64,000 bases of DNA from Hypanus sabinus (taxonomy: Eukaryota): positions 33,790,001 through 33,854,000 of the forward strand of contig NC_082729.1 of NCBI RefSeq assembly GCF_030144855.1, read 5' to 3'. The position numbers and the translations under genes are program-made. How positions within the stretch are numbered: position 1 is the first letter of the stretch; each line of letters starts with the position of its first letter. This document shows, one piece after another, positions 1 to 12,110 of this stretch. A model generated the notes under the pieces. It did no database searches. It had not been told where the DNA came from and saw only the letters and a list, made by a program, of their open reading frames with translations.

Positions 1-1569
1 CTGGATCTCTGGTACTGTAAAGCGTTGTGCTGACTATTACGATACTGTGCCGCCCAAACAGGGGTGGGTTTACTTCTGGGGCGCCCTGATATGGTGCTCT
101 CGTTGCTGCGCAGATTGATGGATACGATTAAATATTCCCGTTTCGCCTGATACAACTGAGTATCACATCTGCTTCTGTGTCTACTGTTATACCGACGCTT
201 TAATGTGATTGAACAATCTATCGCTGCTTAAAGCCGAAAAAAACCCAATGCTGATTGTGGCCGTATTTCTCGACGGACTCCTTGAAGGAAATGTGGCTGC
301 TGATCAGGGATACAGCTGCATTTAAGAAAACAGGGTTTCCGACTCCCAATACCGACCATCTTGCTGACAGATGTAGCTTCTAGTAAATAAGATTGATGAT
401 CTCAGAGCTGGGGTGCTGCACCAGAGGGACTGGGACCATTTGCATACTTTGTTTCACAGAATCCTGGTTAACCCCTTCCGTACCGGGCGCAGCGATTCAG
501 ATTGACGGGTTCGTTATACATCGTCAGGATAGGACTGCCAAGTCTCTGGAAAGCAGAGGTGGAGCAGTATACCTCCTGATCAACTTCTCTTGGTGCACAA
601 ATGTATCAGTGCTGTCCCAATCCTGCTCGCCCGATCCTGCCGCAGGAAATTTCTGCCCTCATTTTGGTAGCGGTGTACATTCCACCTCAGGTCAATGTCT
701 AACAAGGCGCTGGATGCTCTGAGCAATGAGATCAACAAGCACGAAACAGCACACCCTAATGCCTTCACCATCACTTTGGGGTATTCTAACCAGGCCAGCT
801 TGAAAAAGTCACTAAATAATTGCCAACAACAAATCACTGGTAAGTACCAGAGGAATGAACACACTGGACCCCTGTTACACCAACATCAAGAATGCCTACT
901 GTGCTATCCCGTGCCCTCCTTTCGGAAAGTCTGATCACCCGGCTGTACTTCCACTCCCTGACTATAGGCAGAGACTGAACCAGTAGTGAGGACCAAGAGG
1001 GTATGGACAAGGGAATCAGTGGGCTGGACAGTATTCAGGGATTCATCTTCAAAGCTGGACAAGTACGCTGCAGTTGTTACCAACTTCATTCTAAGCTGTG
1101 TGCATGAGTGTGTGCCTATGAAAACCAAAAGTCGTGGATGAACACCACTGCTCTACTCTCTCTATGCCCATGACCATGTGACTAGGTATAGTTCAAATGC
1201 CACCGATAAACTTGCTGATGACACAACCACTGCCCAAAGAATCTCAGATGGAGATGAGAGGGCGTGCAGGAGCCAGATATACCAGCTAGAGGAGTTGTGT
1301 CGCAGCAACAACACCAGTAAGAGAAAGAGATTATTGTGGACCAGGAAGGGTAAGATGAAGGAACACATCCCAATCCTCAGGGATCAAAAGTGGAGAAAGT
1401 GAGCAATTTCAAGTTCCTGGGTGTCAAGATCTCTGAGGACGTAATCTGCTCCCAACGTATTGATGCGGCTATAAAGAAGGCAAAACAATGGCTTTCTTCA
1501 TCAGGAGTTTGAAGAGATTTGATTTGTCACCCAAAGCACTTGAAAACTTCTATAGATGTACCGTGGAGA

Positions 1570-3685
1570 GCATTCTGACAGGCTGCATCACCGTCTGGTA
1601 TGAGGGGTGGGGTGACCATTCTGACAGGCTGCATCACCGTCTGGTATGAGGGGTGGGGGGGACCATTCTGACAGTCTGCATCACCGTCTGGTATGAGGGG
1701 TGGGGGGGGGACCATTCTGACAGTCTGCATCACCGTCTGGTATGAGGGGTGGGGTGACCATTCTGACAGTCTGCATCACTGTCTGGTATGAGGGGTGGGG
1801 GGGGACCATTCTGACAGTCTGCATCACCGTCTGGTATGAGGGGTGGGGGGGACCATTCTGACAGTCTGCATCACCGTCTGGTATGAGGGGTGGGGGGGAC
1901 CATTCTGACAGGCTGCATCACCGTCTGGTATGAGGGGTGGGGGGGGACCATTCTGACAGGCTGCATCACCGTCTGGTATGAGGGGTGGGGGGGGACCATT
2001 CTGACAGGCTGCATCACCGTCTGGTATGAGGGGTGGGGGGGGACCATTCTGACAGGCTGCATCACCGTCTGGTATGAGGGGTGGGGGGGAGTGACCATTC
2101 TGACAGGCTGCATCACCGTCTGGTATGAGGGGTGGGGGGGACCATTCTGACAGGCTGCATCACCGTCTGGTATGAGGGGTGGGGGGGACCATTCTGACAG
2201 GCTGCATCACTGTCTGGTGTGAGGGGTGGGGGGGACCATTCTGACAGTCTGCATCACCGTCTGGTATGAGGGGTGGGGGGGGACCATTCTGACAGGCTGC
2301 ATCACCGTCTGGTATGAGGGGTGGGGGGGACCATTCTGACAGGCTGCATCACCGTCTGGTATGAGGGGTGGGGGGGAGTGACCATTCTGACAGTCTGCAT
2401 CACCGTCTGGTATGAGGGGTGGGGGGGACCATTCTGACAGGCTGCATCACCGTCTGGTATGAGGGGTGGGGGGGACCATTCTGACAGTCTGGTGTGAGGG
2501 GTGGGGGGGACCATTCTGACAAGCTGCATCACTGTCTGGTATGAGGGGTGGGGGGGACCATTCTGACAGGCTGCATCACCGTCTGGTATGAGGGGTGGGG
2601 GGGGACCATTCTGACAGGCTGCATCACCGTCTGGTATGAGGGGTGGGGGGGGGGGACCACTCTGACAGGCTGCATCACCGTCTGGTATGAGGGGTGGGGG
2701 GGACCATTCTGACAGTCTGCATCACTGTTTGGTATGAGGGGTGGGGGGGACCATTCTGACAGGCTGCATCACCGTCTGGTATGAGGGGTGGGGGGGACCA
2801 TTCTGACAGTCTGCATCACTGTCTGGTATGAGGGGTGGGGGGGACCATTCTGACAGTCTGCATCACCGTCTGGTATGAGGGGTGGGGGGGGGGACCAGTC
2901 TGACAGGCTGCATCACCGTCTGGTATGAGGGGTGGGGGGGACCATTCTGACAGGCTGCATCACCGTCTGGTATGAGGGGTGGGGGGGGAACCATTCTGAC
3001 AGTCTGCATCACCGTCTGGTATGAGGGGTGGGGGGGACCATTCTGACAGGCTGCATCACCGTCTGGTATGAGGGTTGGGGGGGACCATTCTGACAGGCTG
3101 CATCACCGTCTGGTATGAGGGGTGGGGGGGACCATTCTGACAGGCTGCATCACTGTCTGGTATGAGGGGTGGGGGGACCATTCTGACAGTCTGCATCACC
3201 GTCTGGTATGAGGGGTGGGGGGGACCATTCTGACAGTCTGCATCACTGTCTGGTATGAGGGGTGGGGGGACCATTCTGACAGGCTGCATCACCGTCTGGT
3301 ATGAGGGGTGGGGGGGACCATTCTGACAGTCTGCATCACCATCTGGTATGAGGGGTTTGGGGGACCATTCTGACAGGCTGCATCACCGTCTGGTATGAGG
3401 GGTGGGGGGGGGGACCATTCTGACAGGCTGCATCACCATCTGGTATGAGGGGTGGGGGGGACCATTCTGACAGGCTGCATCACCGTCTGGTATGAGGGGT
3501 GGGGGGGGGGGGACCATTCCGACAGTCTGCATCACTGTCTGGTATGAGGGGTGGGGTGGGACCATTCTGACAGTCTGCATCACCGTCTGGTATGAGGGGT
3601 GGGGGGGACCATTCTGACAGTCTGCATCACCGTCTGGTATGAGGGGTGGGGTGGGACCATTCTGACAGGCTGCATCACTGTCTTG
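1570..3685 (+). repeat. G-rich minisatellite, ~47-48 bp unit, ~44 copies
   Basis: Unit accattctgacag(g/t)ctgcatcaccgtctggtatgaggggt(g)n repeated head to tail, with variable G-run length. Confidence 0.97.
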
Positions 3686-4137
3686 CATTGTGGGGGAGGG
3701 CTACTGCACAGGACTGAAAAAAGCTACAGAACGTTGTAAAATTAGTCAGCTCCATCTTGGGCACTAGCCTCCGTAGTATCCATGACATCTTTGAGGAGAG
3801 GTGCCGCAGAAAGGTGGAGTCCATTATTAAAGACCCCCCCATCACCCAGTATATGCTCTCTTTTCACCATTACCATCAGGGAGGAGGTACAGAAGCCTCA
3901 ATGTATGCACTCAGCAATTCAGGAACAGCTTCTTCCCCTCTGCCATCCAATTCCTAAACATCCAGACATTGAACCCACGAGCACTACCTCATGTTTGTGC
4001 GTTGTATATCTGTTTTGTACTATTTATAATCTACACACACAGCTCTTGTAATTGCCTTACTTACTTATTCCTTTCTCTCTATATTATAATGTATTGCATT
4101 ATATTGCTGGTGCGAAGTTAAAAACTTCACGACACAT

Positions 4138-4457
4138 AAATAGCAAATAGAAAAATAGGCATCCATTAGTATCGTGAGACCATGGATTTGCCCTTGGAAG
4201 GTTACCAGGATGCAGGCCTAGGCAGGGTTGTATGGGAGACTGGCAGTTGCCCGTGCAGCGAGCCGTCCCCTCTCCATGCCACCAATGTTGTCCAAGGGAA
4301 GAGCACTAGGACTCAAGCAGCTTGGCACCGGTGTCGTTGCAGAGCAATGTGTTGTTAAGTGTCTTGCTCAAGGTCACAATGCGCTGTCAGCTGAGGCTTG
4401 AACCAGTGACCTTCAGATCACTAGACCGATGCCTTATCTACTAGGCCACGCACCAAC
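4138..4457 (-). mobile_element. tRNA-derived SINE with 10-bp TSD, inserted in the LINE 3' tail
   Basis: TSD CACGACACAT at 4128-4137 and 4458-4467; minus strand begins gtgcgtggcctagtagataagg...ggttcaagcc (A/B boxes), followed by ccttgagcaagacacttaac. Confidence 0.75.
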
Positions 4458-5372
4458 CACGACACATGCTGATGATATGAAACCTGATTCTGATTCAAGT
4501 GGCTGTTTTATACAGACACATGAGTGCAGTGAAAGGAGGGAGAAGGGTCACAATAACAGCAGGGTAGAAGCTATCCTCAAGCCTGGTGGTACATGATTTC
4601 AGTTTTCTTTCTCCTGCCCCATGGGAAAGGGTAGGAATAGGAGCAGGAGTCGGCCATCTGGCCTGTCCAGTCTGCTCTGCCATTCAATGAGGTCGTGGCT
4701 GATCTGACTGTGGACTCATCTCCACCTACCCTCCTTTTCACCATAACCCTTAATTCCCCTACTATACAGAAATCTACCCGACCTTGACAAATATATTTAC
4801 TGAGGTAGCCTCCATTGCTTGCTTCATTGGGCAGAGAATTCCACAGATTCACTGTTCTTTGGGAAAATCTCCACCAACCAGGGGTGAGATTACGATGAGC
4901 ATGGATTCTCAGGGCAGCCCGTGCCCTGCTGCCCAAAGCACCCAATATTAGGATCCATCTTGTTTTGGGTTCCCTCTCAGTCTGGAGGGGAAACATTCAC
5001 CATTTCACTTCCCACGGACGCTACCCGACCGATTTAACCACGTCACCTGAGAACATATCGCGCCATCAGTATTATTTAGAATTTGGCTCTATCTCAGTTT
5101 ACGTTTTTTGCATAAGTTCTATTTATTTTCCGGTAAGATGTTCGTATATGTTAACCTATTCATACTTTGACAAAGTCATGGGCTGTCCGGATCACGTGAC
5201 ACTACCAGCGTCCTCAGCTAGCAGGTGACCACGTGATTTAGCTCCCTCCGAGGGACATCACGTGACTATATTCCTTGCTATCCGCTGCCTACGCAGGCGC
5301 AAAGCGTTCCACCACCCTCAACGCAAGACCGCCAGCGCCCGATGGGCCTCCCCCCGCATCCCGGCACCGTAC

Positions 5373-5398
5373 CATGGTTCGCGGGCGTACTCCTCCAT
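5373..5398 (-). CDS. TIMM17B: TIM17 mitochondrial inner-membrane translocase, first coding exon (MEEYAREP+C); remaining exons lie left of the window
   Basis: ATGGAGGAGTACGCCCGCGAACCATG|gtacgg encodes the invariant TIM17 N-terminus as a 26-nt exon with a GT donor. Paralog B is inferred from the head-to-head arrangement with PQBP1; TIMM17A starts with the same peptide. Confidence 0.88.
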
Positions 5399-5839
5399 GT
5401 CGCTCCGCGGCCGACGGGCTCTCCCCGCCGCCGCCTGGTGACGACAGAGCGACGGCTCCGCTCCTTGTCACGTGCCCCTCCCTGCCTGGCGTCACGTTGG
5501 GCGCAGACTCTCCCGCCCAAAACGACAGCTCGAACGGCTGATTACGTCAGGTTATTACGTCAGACGTGCCAGGTGACGCAATTCCTCAGTAAATGCGATT
5601 TCTGCAGAAAATAAGAATGCCTTACATCGTGCGAAACTCGTGTTTGCTCGTCAAACGTTCTGGACATGTTGCTGAAGCGGTTTCGTTCTCTTGTTCTGAT
5701 TGGATGACGTGCATGTCAATCAATGTGGTTTTTCCTCCTCCAGAAGACGTCACATGCCCCACCTTTACGGTCTCTGATTGGGCCGAAGGACCGTCCATCA
5801 CCAGCAAGACTCGTCTATTTGTGACGTATACAACCTGCG

Positions 5840-5891
5840 ACGGACGAATACGTTGATGGAACGCGACAAAACGGAGTCGCTGCGCTTGAGG
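5840..5891 (+). other. PQBP1: Probable non-coding first exon of PQBP1 (5' boundary approximate)
   Basis: Strong donor GAGG|GTGAGT at 5891/5892 at the CpG-island edge; the next exon has an acceptor (ccccgcag|, 7309) upstream of the ATG. Confidence 0.6.
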
Positions 5892-6451
5892 GTGAGTGAC
5901 TGAGGGCGAGATTGAGGGAAGGAGGGGATGAGGGACAATTAAGGGAATGCGCATGGTCACTTAGACTACTTATAACCGTAACCCTGTCTCTCTGAGCCGT
6001 TATCCCGTCACTCTGCCCTCTGACCCTTGACCCAGGCTGTAACCGTAATTAGTCATTCTGACTTCTGACCTAGGTTGTGACCGGAACCAGTCGCTCTGGT
6101 ACCTGGCCCAGACTTTGTTCGTGATCCCGTAGCCCTGAGCCCTGCCCCAGGCTGAGACTGTAACCAGTCGCTCTGACCCTTGACCCAGGCTGTGTCCGTA
6201 ACCCCGTCACTCTGACCCCTAACCCTGGATCTGACCAGGTGTAGAGTGTCCAAGGCTGGCATTTCTGCGACACGGGTCCCTTGGGGTCATAGGCAGCTTC
6301 ACTCCCTTCTCCCTTATGTTGGAAGAGAGACATCATCACAGTGATAGATCCCTTTCATAGCTCTTCACGCGGTGCCCCACACTCGACATTTCCAACATCC
6401 TTTGGTCCCACGTGATTTCCAAACTCACCCCCTGCTCCATGTTGACAAATA

Positions 6452-6518
6452 CAGTACTCTGCAAAAGTCTTAGGCAGCCCAGCAACATATATGTGCCTAA
6501 GACTTTTGCATAGTACTG
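6452..6518. mobile_element. Palindromic ~67-bp mini Tc1-like element (two TIRs with a tiny spacer); related copies at ~25067-25133 and ~51200-51266, and as ends of the larger relic at ~45242-46805
   Basis: cagtactctgcaaaagtcttaggca...tgcctaagacttttgcatagtactg inverted repeat with CAGT...ACTG termini. Confidence 0.7.
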
Positions 6519-7367
6519 TCTATGTCTCGATATACAACCCTCTGAGATTCATTTTCTTCTGGGCATACTCACTAAATCCAATAGCCATAATAGAATCAAT
6601 GAAATACCACACCAACAGGGCAGACCACCGGTGTGCCAGAGATGACAAAACGTGCAATTACAAAAAGAAAGAAGAAGAATGTACAAATAAGCAATAAATA
6701 TTGAGAACATGAGATGAAGAGTCACTGAAAGTGAATCCATAGGTTGTGGGAACGTTTCAATGATGGGGCGAGTGAAGTTATCCCCTCTGGTTCAAGAACC
6801 TGATGCCTGAGGGGTAATAACTGTTCCTGATCTTGTTGGTGTGAGTTCCTAATGGCAGTGGCGAGATGAAGTATGAACTTTGAACTTCTCACTGCCTCGG
6901 TAAAGCAGCCAAAATAATCAAACACTCCACCCACCCCTGACATACTCACTTCCCCCCTCTACCATCGGGCAGAAGTTTCAAAAGCCTGAAAACACGTCCC
7001 ACCATCTCAAGGACAGCTTCTACCCTGCTGTTAGAAGACAACTGAACTGAACCTAGTACAATCTTTACCTCACAGTCTACCTCGTTATGACTTTAATCGT
7101 ATTGTCTACCTGCACTGCACTCTCTCTGTAACTGTTACACTCTATTCTGCATTCTGTTATTGTTTTACTTTGCCCTACCTGGAATGCTCTAAGTAATGAT
7201 CTGATCAAGCTTTTCCCTGTATCTTGGTACCTGTGACAATAATTAATGCCAACGAGGAATTGCATTACACCCAGTGTGTTTGACAGTAATCTGATTTGTA
7301 TCCCCGCAGTTCGGCGCCTGGCGTCCGACGGCCTGAACGGGAAGACGTGCTCACCAATCTCCGCACC

Positions 7368-7434
7368 ATGCCTCTCCCCCTGGCGCTCCAAGCCCGCCTG
7401 GCCAAGCGAGGCATCCTCAAGCATGTGGAACCAG
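7368..7434 (+). CDS. PQBP1: PQBP1 coding exon 1 (MPLPLALQARLAKRGILKHVEP)
   Basis: Kozak gcaccATG; peptide matches the PQBP1 N-terminus; donor CCAG|gtatgt; 67 nt. Confidence 0.96.
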
Positions 7435-7754
7435 GTATGTTCCCCACTTCCAACACCACCACCCCCACCTCTGCTGGAGGGAGACGACGTAGTGCGGTAG
7501 TGAAAAGTAAGGGCTTGGCCCGGTGGCTCCGCGGGTAGTGCTGCTAACTGGCAGCTCCGGAGACCCAGGTTGGATCCCTGACCAATCTGCTCCTGTTTGC
7601 CCCAGCATCCCTCACATGGTGGATTAGTCAGCCACTGTAAATTGCCCTCCGTTGTGTGGGTGAGGAGAATTCTCTTTGGGGTCTGAGGGTGCTAAAGCAG
7701 TTTATCAGAATAAGGGATGGCTCTCATTGAAACCTGTTAAATATTGAAAAGCCT

Positions 7755-9915
7755 AGATAGAGTGGATGTGGAGAGGATGTTACCTGTAGTGGGGAAGTCT
7801 AGGACCAGAGGAAACAGATAGAGTGGATGTGGAGAGGATGTTTCCTATCGTGGGGGAGTCTAGAACCAGAGGACACAGATAGAGTGGATGCGGAGAGGAT
7901 GTTTCCTATAGTGGGGGAGTCTGGGACCAGAGGACACAGATAGAGTGGATGTGGAGAGGATGTTTCCTGTAGTGGGGGAGTCTGGGACCAGAGGACACAG
8001 ATAGAGTGTGTAAAGAGGGTTTCTTCTTTTTGTTAACTAGCAGGAATGCTAATTTACTGATAACGAGAATGGTATTCCTTTGTAAACCAAATGGGGATTA
8101 ATGTTCTTTCTTCTGAGTCTGTAAGCTTTTGTTGACGGGCTTTTGGGCAGATCGGCGCGAGGGGGTCGAGAGAGAGGACGCAATGCTCTAAGCTGGGTGA
8201 GGATCGGACCCCAAAGGGGGGTCCGAGGCCGGGAGATTCTCCGAGGAGGGGGGGGATGAAGCTAGATGTGCTTGGTTGACCACTCGGAGGGTCCTGAGCT
8301 GTTTGGAGAGTTGAGGAGTTCGGAGGGTCCTGAGCTGCGAGTCGAGGAGTTCGGAGGGGAGCAAATGGTGGCCAAAAGACTTCAGTAATTGAGCTCCAAC
8401 GGCTGTGCACGAAGTGGTTTGGACTTTGATAAGTTTGGCGCCTTTTCTTTAATTTTCTCTTCATATATAGTATCGTTATTAATCACTTAGTTATAGTAAC
8501 CTTTATAAATTGTACTCATTTAATCGCATATGGTGTACTGTCTGTTTTTGGGCGAGGCGGGGACATCACACAGCATCCACACCAGCTGATTACCCAGTTT
8601 GGCGGGGCCGAAGGCTGCTCCCCCTAGACGAGAACGAGCTGAGCGAGCCTGAGGCGACCCAGGGGGTTACATTGTGGGGTGCTCGTCCGGGATTGATTTC
8701 TGTGGAAGCTGTGTGATCACCCTCTTTAAATTGTGTCTGCGGCGAAGAGCTGGTGTGCCTTTGTGGGTGTGCGATTGCTGGTTATCGCGGTGTGTGTGTT
8801 GGGTGGGGTGGTTGCTGTTGGCTGACGAAATGGTGGTGGGACCATGGGTTGTTTGGAGATTGAGGAGTGAGAGGTTGAGAGAGGAGTTGGTAGTGGGCCC
8901 TAGGTATCCCCAGTTGTGTCCGAGCCTGAAGGGTTTAGGTGAGGGGGTACGGAGATCTCAGAAGGGTTAGGGAACTCCCAGATAGTTGGCCTAAGTAGCA
9001 CCTGAAAAACGGCGTGAGGGTTACTGTGTGGGGAGAAGATGTCACTGTTTGTGCTTGGGTTACGGTATGTTGGCAGGAAAGGTGGCGAGTTATTTAGTAG
9101 TCATGAGGACATGACTTTTATTTGGTGGAGGGAGAGTGTAAAGAGGGTTTCTTCTTTTTGTTAACTAGCAGGAATGCTAATTTACTGATAACGAGAATGA
9201 TATTCCTTTGTAAACCAAATGGGGATTAATGTTCTTTCTTCTGAGTCTGTAAGCTTTTGTTGACGGGCTTTTGGGCAGATCGGCGCGAGGGGGTCGAGAG
9301 AGAGGACGCAATGCTCTAAGCTGGGTGAGGATCGGACCCCAAAGGGGGGGTCCGAGGCCAGGAGATTCTCCGAGGGGGGGGGGATGAAGCTAGATGTGCT
9401 TGGTTGACCACTCGGAGGGTCCTGAGCTGTTTGGAGAGTTGAGGAGTTCGGAGGGTCCTGAGCTGCGAGTCGAGGAGTTCGGAGGGGAGCGAATGGTGGC
9501 CAGAAGACTTCAGTAATTGAGCTCCAACGGCTGTGCACGAAGTGGTTTGGACTTTGATAAGTTTGGCGCCTTTTCTTTAATTTTCTCTTCATATATACTG
9601 TATCGTTATTAATCACTTAGTTATAGTAACCTTTATAAATTGTACTCATTTAATCGCATATAGTGTACTGTCTGGTTTTGGGCGAGGCGGGGACATCACA
9701 CAGCATCCACACCAGCTGATTACCCAGTTTGGCGGGGCCGAAGGCTGCTCCCCCTAGACGAGAATGAGCTGAGCGAGCCTGAGGCGACCCAGGGGGTTAC
9801 AAGTGGTTGTAGAGAGGATGTTTCCTATAGTGGGGCAGTCTAGGACCAGAGGACACAGATAGAGTGGATGTGGAGAGGATGTTCCCTATAGTGGGGGAGT
9901 CTAGGACCAGAGGGC
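7755..9915 (+). repeat. 61-bp tandem repeat derived from the CR1 ORF2 3' end (DRVDVERMFPxVGESRTRGH), ~6 copies, split by an LTR element
   Basis: Unit agatagagtggatgtggagaggatgtttcctatagtgggggagtctaggaccagaggacac at 7755-8008 and 9802-9915. Confidence 0.88.
8009..9801 (+). mobile_element. Non-autonomous LTR retroelement: LTRs 8009-8671 and 9137-9801, 465-bp internal region
   Basis: Near-identical TG...CA direct repeats; TSD AGTG (8005-8008, 9802-9805); tRNA-Pro-type PBS tggggtgctcgtccgggat at 8675-8693; PPT ggtggagggagag at 9124-9136. Confidence 0.93.
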
Positions 9916-9919
9916 CCCG

Positions 9920-12110
9920 AAGGGGTGCTGTTGATCAGAGATAGTGTCACGGCTGCAGAAAAGGTGGACGCCATGGAGGGATTGTCTACGGAGTGTCTGT
10001 GGGTGGAGGTTAGGAACCGGAAGGAGTCAATAACTTTACTGGGTGTCTTTTATAGGCCGACCAATAGTTACAGGGATATCGAGGAGCAGATAGGGAAACA
10101 GATCCTGGAAAGGTGTAATAATAACAATAATAACAGGGTTGTCGTGGTGGGAGATTTGAATTTCCCAAATATCGAGAGGCATCTCCCTAGAGCAAGGGGT
10201 TTAGATGAGGTGGAGTTTGTTAGGAGTGTTCAGGAAGGTTTCTTGACACAGTATGTAGATGAGCCTACAAGAGGAGAGACTCTACTTGATTTGGGTTTGG
10301 AAAATGAACCTGGTCAGGTGTCAAATCTTGCAGTGGAAGAGCATTTTGGAGAAGTGATCATAATTCTATCTCCTTTACCATAGCATTGGAGAGAGATAGG
10401 AACAGATAAGTTAGAAAAGCGTTTAATTGGAGTAGCGGGAATTATGAGGCTATCAGGAAAATTGGAAGCTTAAATTGAGAACAGATGTTCTCAGGGAAAA
10501 ATATGAAAGAAATGTGGCAAATGTTCAGTGGATATTTGTGTGGGGTTCTGTATAGGTATGTTCCAAAGAGACAGGGAAGTTACGGTAGGGTACAGGAACC
10601 GTGGTGTACAAAGGCTGTAATAAATCTAATCAAGAAGAAAAGAAAAGCTTACAAAAGGTTCAGAGAGCTAGGTAATGTTAGAGATCTGGAAGATTATAAG
10701 GCTTACAGGAAGGAGCTTAAGAAGGAAAGTAGGAGAGCCGGAAGGGGCCATGAGAAGGCTTTGGTGGGCAGGATTAAGGAAAACCCCAAGGCAGTCTGCA
10801 AGTATGTGAAGAGCAAGAGGATAAGACGTGAAAAAATAGGACTTATCAAGTGTGACAGTGGGAAAATGTGTATGGAACCGGAGGAACTAGCAGAGGTACT
10901 TAATGAATACTTTGCTTCACTATTCATTATGGAAAAGGATCTTGGTGATTGTAGTGATGACTTGCAGCGGACTGAAAGCTTGAGCATGTAGATATTAAAA
11001 AGATGATGTGCTGGAGATTTTGGAAAGCATCAAGTTGCATGGGTCACCAGGACCGGATGAGATGTACCCCAGGCTGGTGAGGGAGGAGATTGCTGAGCCT
11101 CTGGTGATGATCTTTGCATCATCAATGGGGACAGGAAAGGTTCCAGAGGATGGGAGGGTTGCAGATGTTGTTCCTTTATTCAAGAAAGGGAGCAGAGATA
11201 GCCCAGGAAATTATAGACCAGTGATTCTTACCTCAGTGATTGGTAAGTTGATGGAGAAGATCCTGAGAGGCAGGATTTATGAACATTTGGAGAGGTATAA
11301 TATGCTTAAGAACAGTCAGCATGGCTTTATGAAAGGCAGGTTGTGCCTTACCAGCCTGACTGAATTTTTTGAGGATGTGACTAAACACATTGATGAAGAA
11401 AGAGCAGTAGATGTAGCGTATATTGATTTCAGCAAGGCATTTGATAAGGTACCTCATGCAAGGCTTATTGAGAAAGTAAGGAGGCATGGGATCCAAGGGG
11501 ACATTGTTTTGTGGATCCAGAACTGGCTTGCCCACAGAAGGCAAAGAGTGGTTGTAGACGGGTCAAATTCTGCATTGAGGTAATCAGTGGAGTACTTCAG
11601 GGATCTGTTCTGGGATCCCTACTCTTTGTGATTTTTATAAATGACCTGGATGAAGAAGTGGAGGGATGGGTTAGTACATTTGCTGATGACTCAAAGGTTG
11701 GAGGTGTTGTGTGGAGGGCTGTCAGAGGTTATAGTGGTTATAGGTGCAAAACTGGGCTGAGAAGTGGCAGATGGAGTTCAACCCAGATAAGTGCGAAGTG
11801 GTTCATTTTGGTAGGTCAAATATGATGGCAGAATGTAGTATTAATGGTAAAACTCTTGGCCGTGTGGAGGATCAGGGGGATCTTGAGGTCCGAGTCCATA
11901 GGACGCTCAAATCAGCTGTGCAGGTTGACTCTGTGGTTAAGAAGGCATATGGTGTATTGTCCTTCATCAATCGTGGAATTGAATTTAGGAGCCGAGAGGT
12001 AATGTTGCGAATATATAGGACCTTAGTCAGACCCCACTTGGATTACTGTGCACAGTTCTGGTCGCCTCACTACAGGAAGGATGTGGAAGCCATAGAAAGG
12101 GTGCAGAGCA
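9920..12110 (+). mobile_element. CR1 LINE ORF2 fragment (endonuclease + RT), frameshifted and 3'-truncated
   Basis: GVFYRP, VGDLNFPNI, SPGPD, PGNYRPV, QHGF, DFSKAFDKVPH, QGSVLG, FADD, YCAQFWSPH motifs spread over several frames. Confidence 0.93.

Larger units (their letters stand above)
370..4490 (+). mobile_element. Degenerate Rex1/L2-like LINE (APE endonuclease + RT fragments), interrupted by a minisatellite and a SINE
   Basis: ORF fragments LCFTESWL...IDGF..HRQDR...RGGAV (APE endonuclease), KLADDTT (RT FADD), C-terminal FYRCTVESILTGCITVWY and IIKDP..FRNSFFP; 3' tail aaacctgattctgattc at ~4480. Confidence 0.8.
5180..5900. promoter_or_regulatory. CpG-island bidirectional promoter TIMM17B/PQBP1
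   Basis: CpG-dense; CACGTG E-boxes at ~5193, 5230, 5259, 5469; CRE-like TTACGTCA at 5542 and 5555 and TGACGT at ~5705 and 5822; ATTGG (CCAAT) at ~5699 and 5778; flanked by divergent first exons. Confidence 0.8.

Noticed and set aside
1527-3688. Repetitive ORFs (MMQPVRMVPPHPSYQT.../GGTILTGCITVWYEG...)
   Set aside because: Translations of the minisatellite; the frame shifts with G-run length and there is no splice context
1-5372. TIMM17B exon 2 (PWRIVDDCGGAFTMG)
   Set aside because: No matching sequence found on the minus strand; it presumably lies left of the window
8054-9616. Duplicated 136/144-aa ORFs (MKRKLKKRRQ...)
   Set aside because: Antisense ORFs inside the two LTRs, broken differently by indels; no recognisable domain
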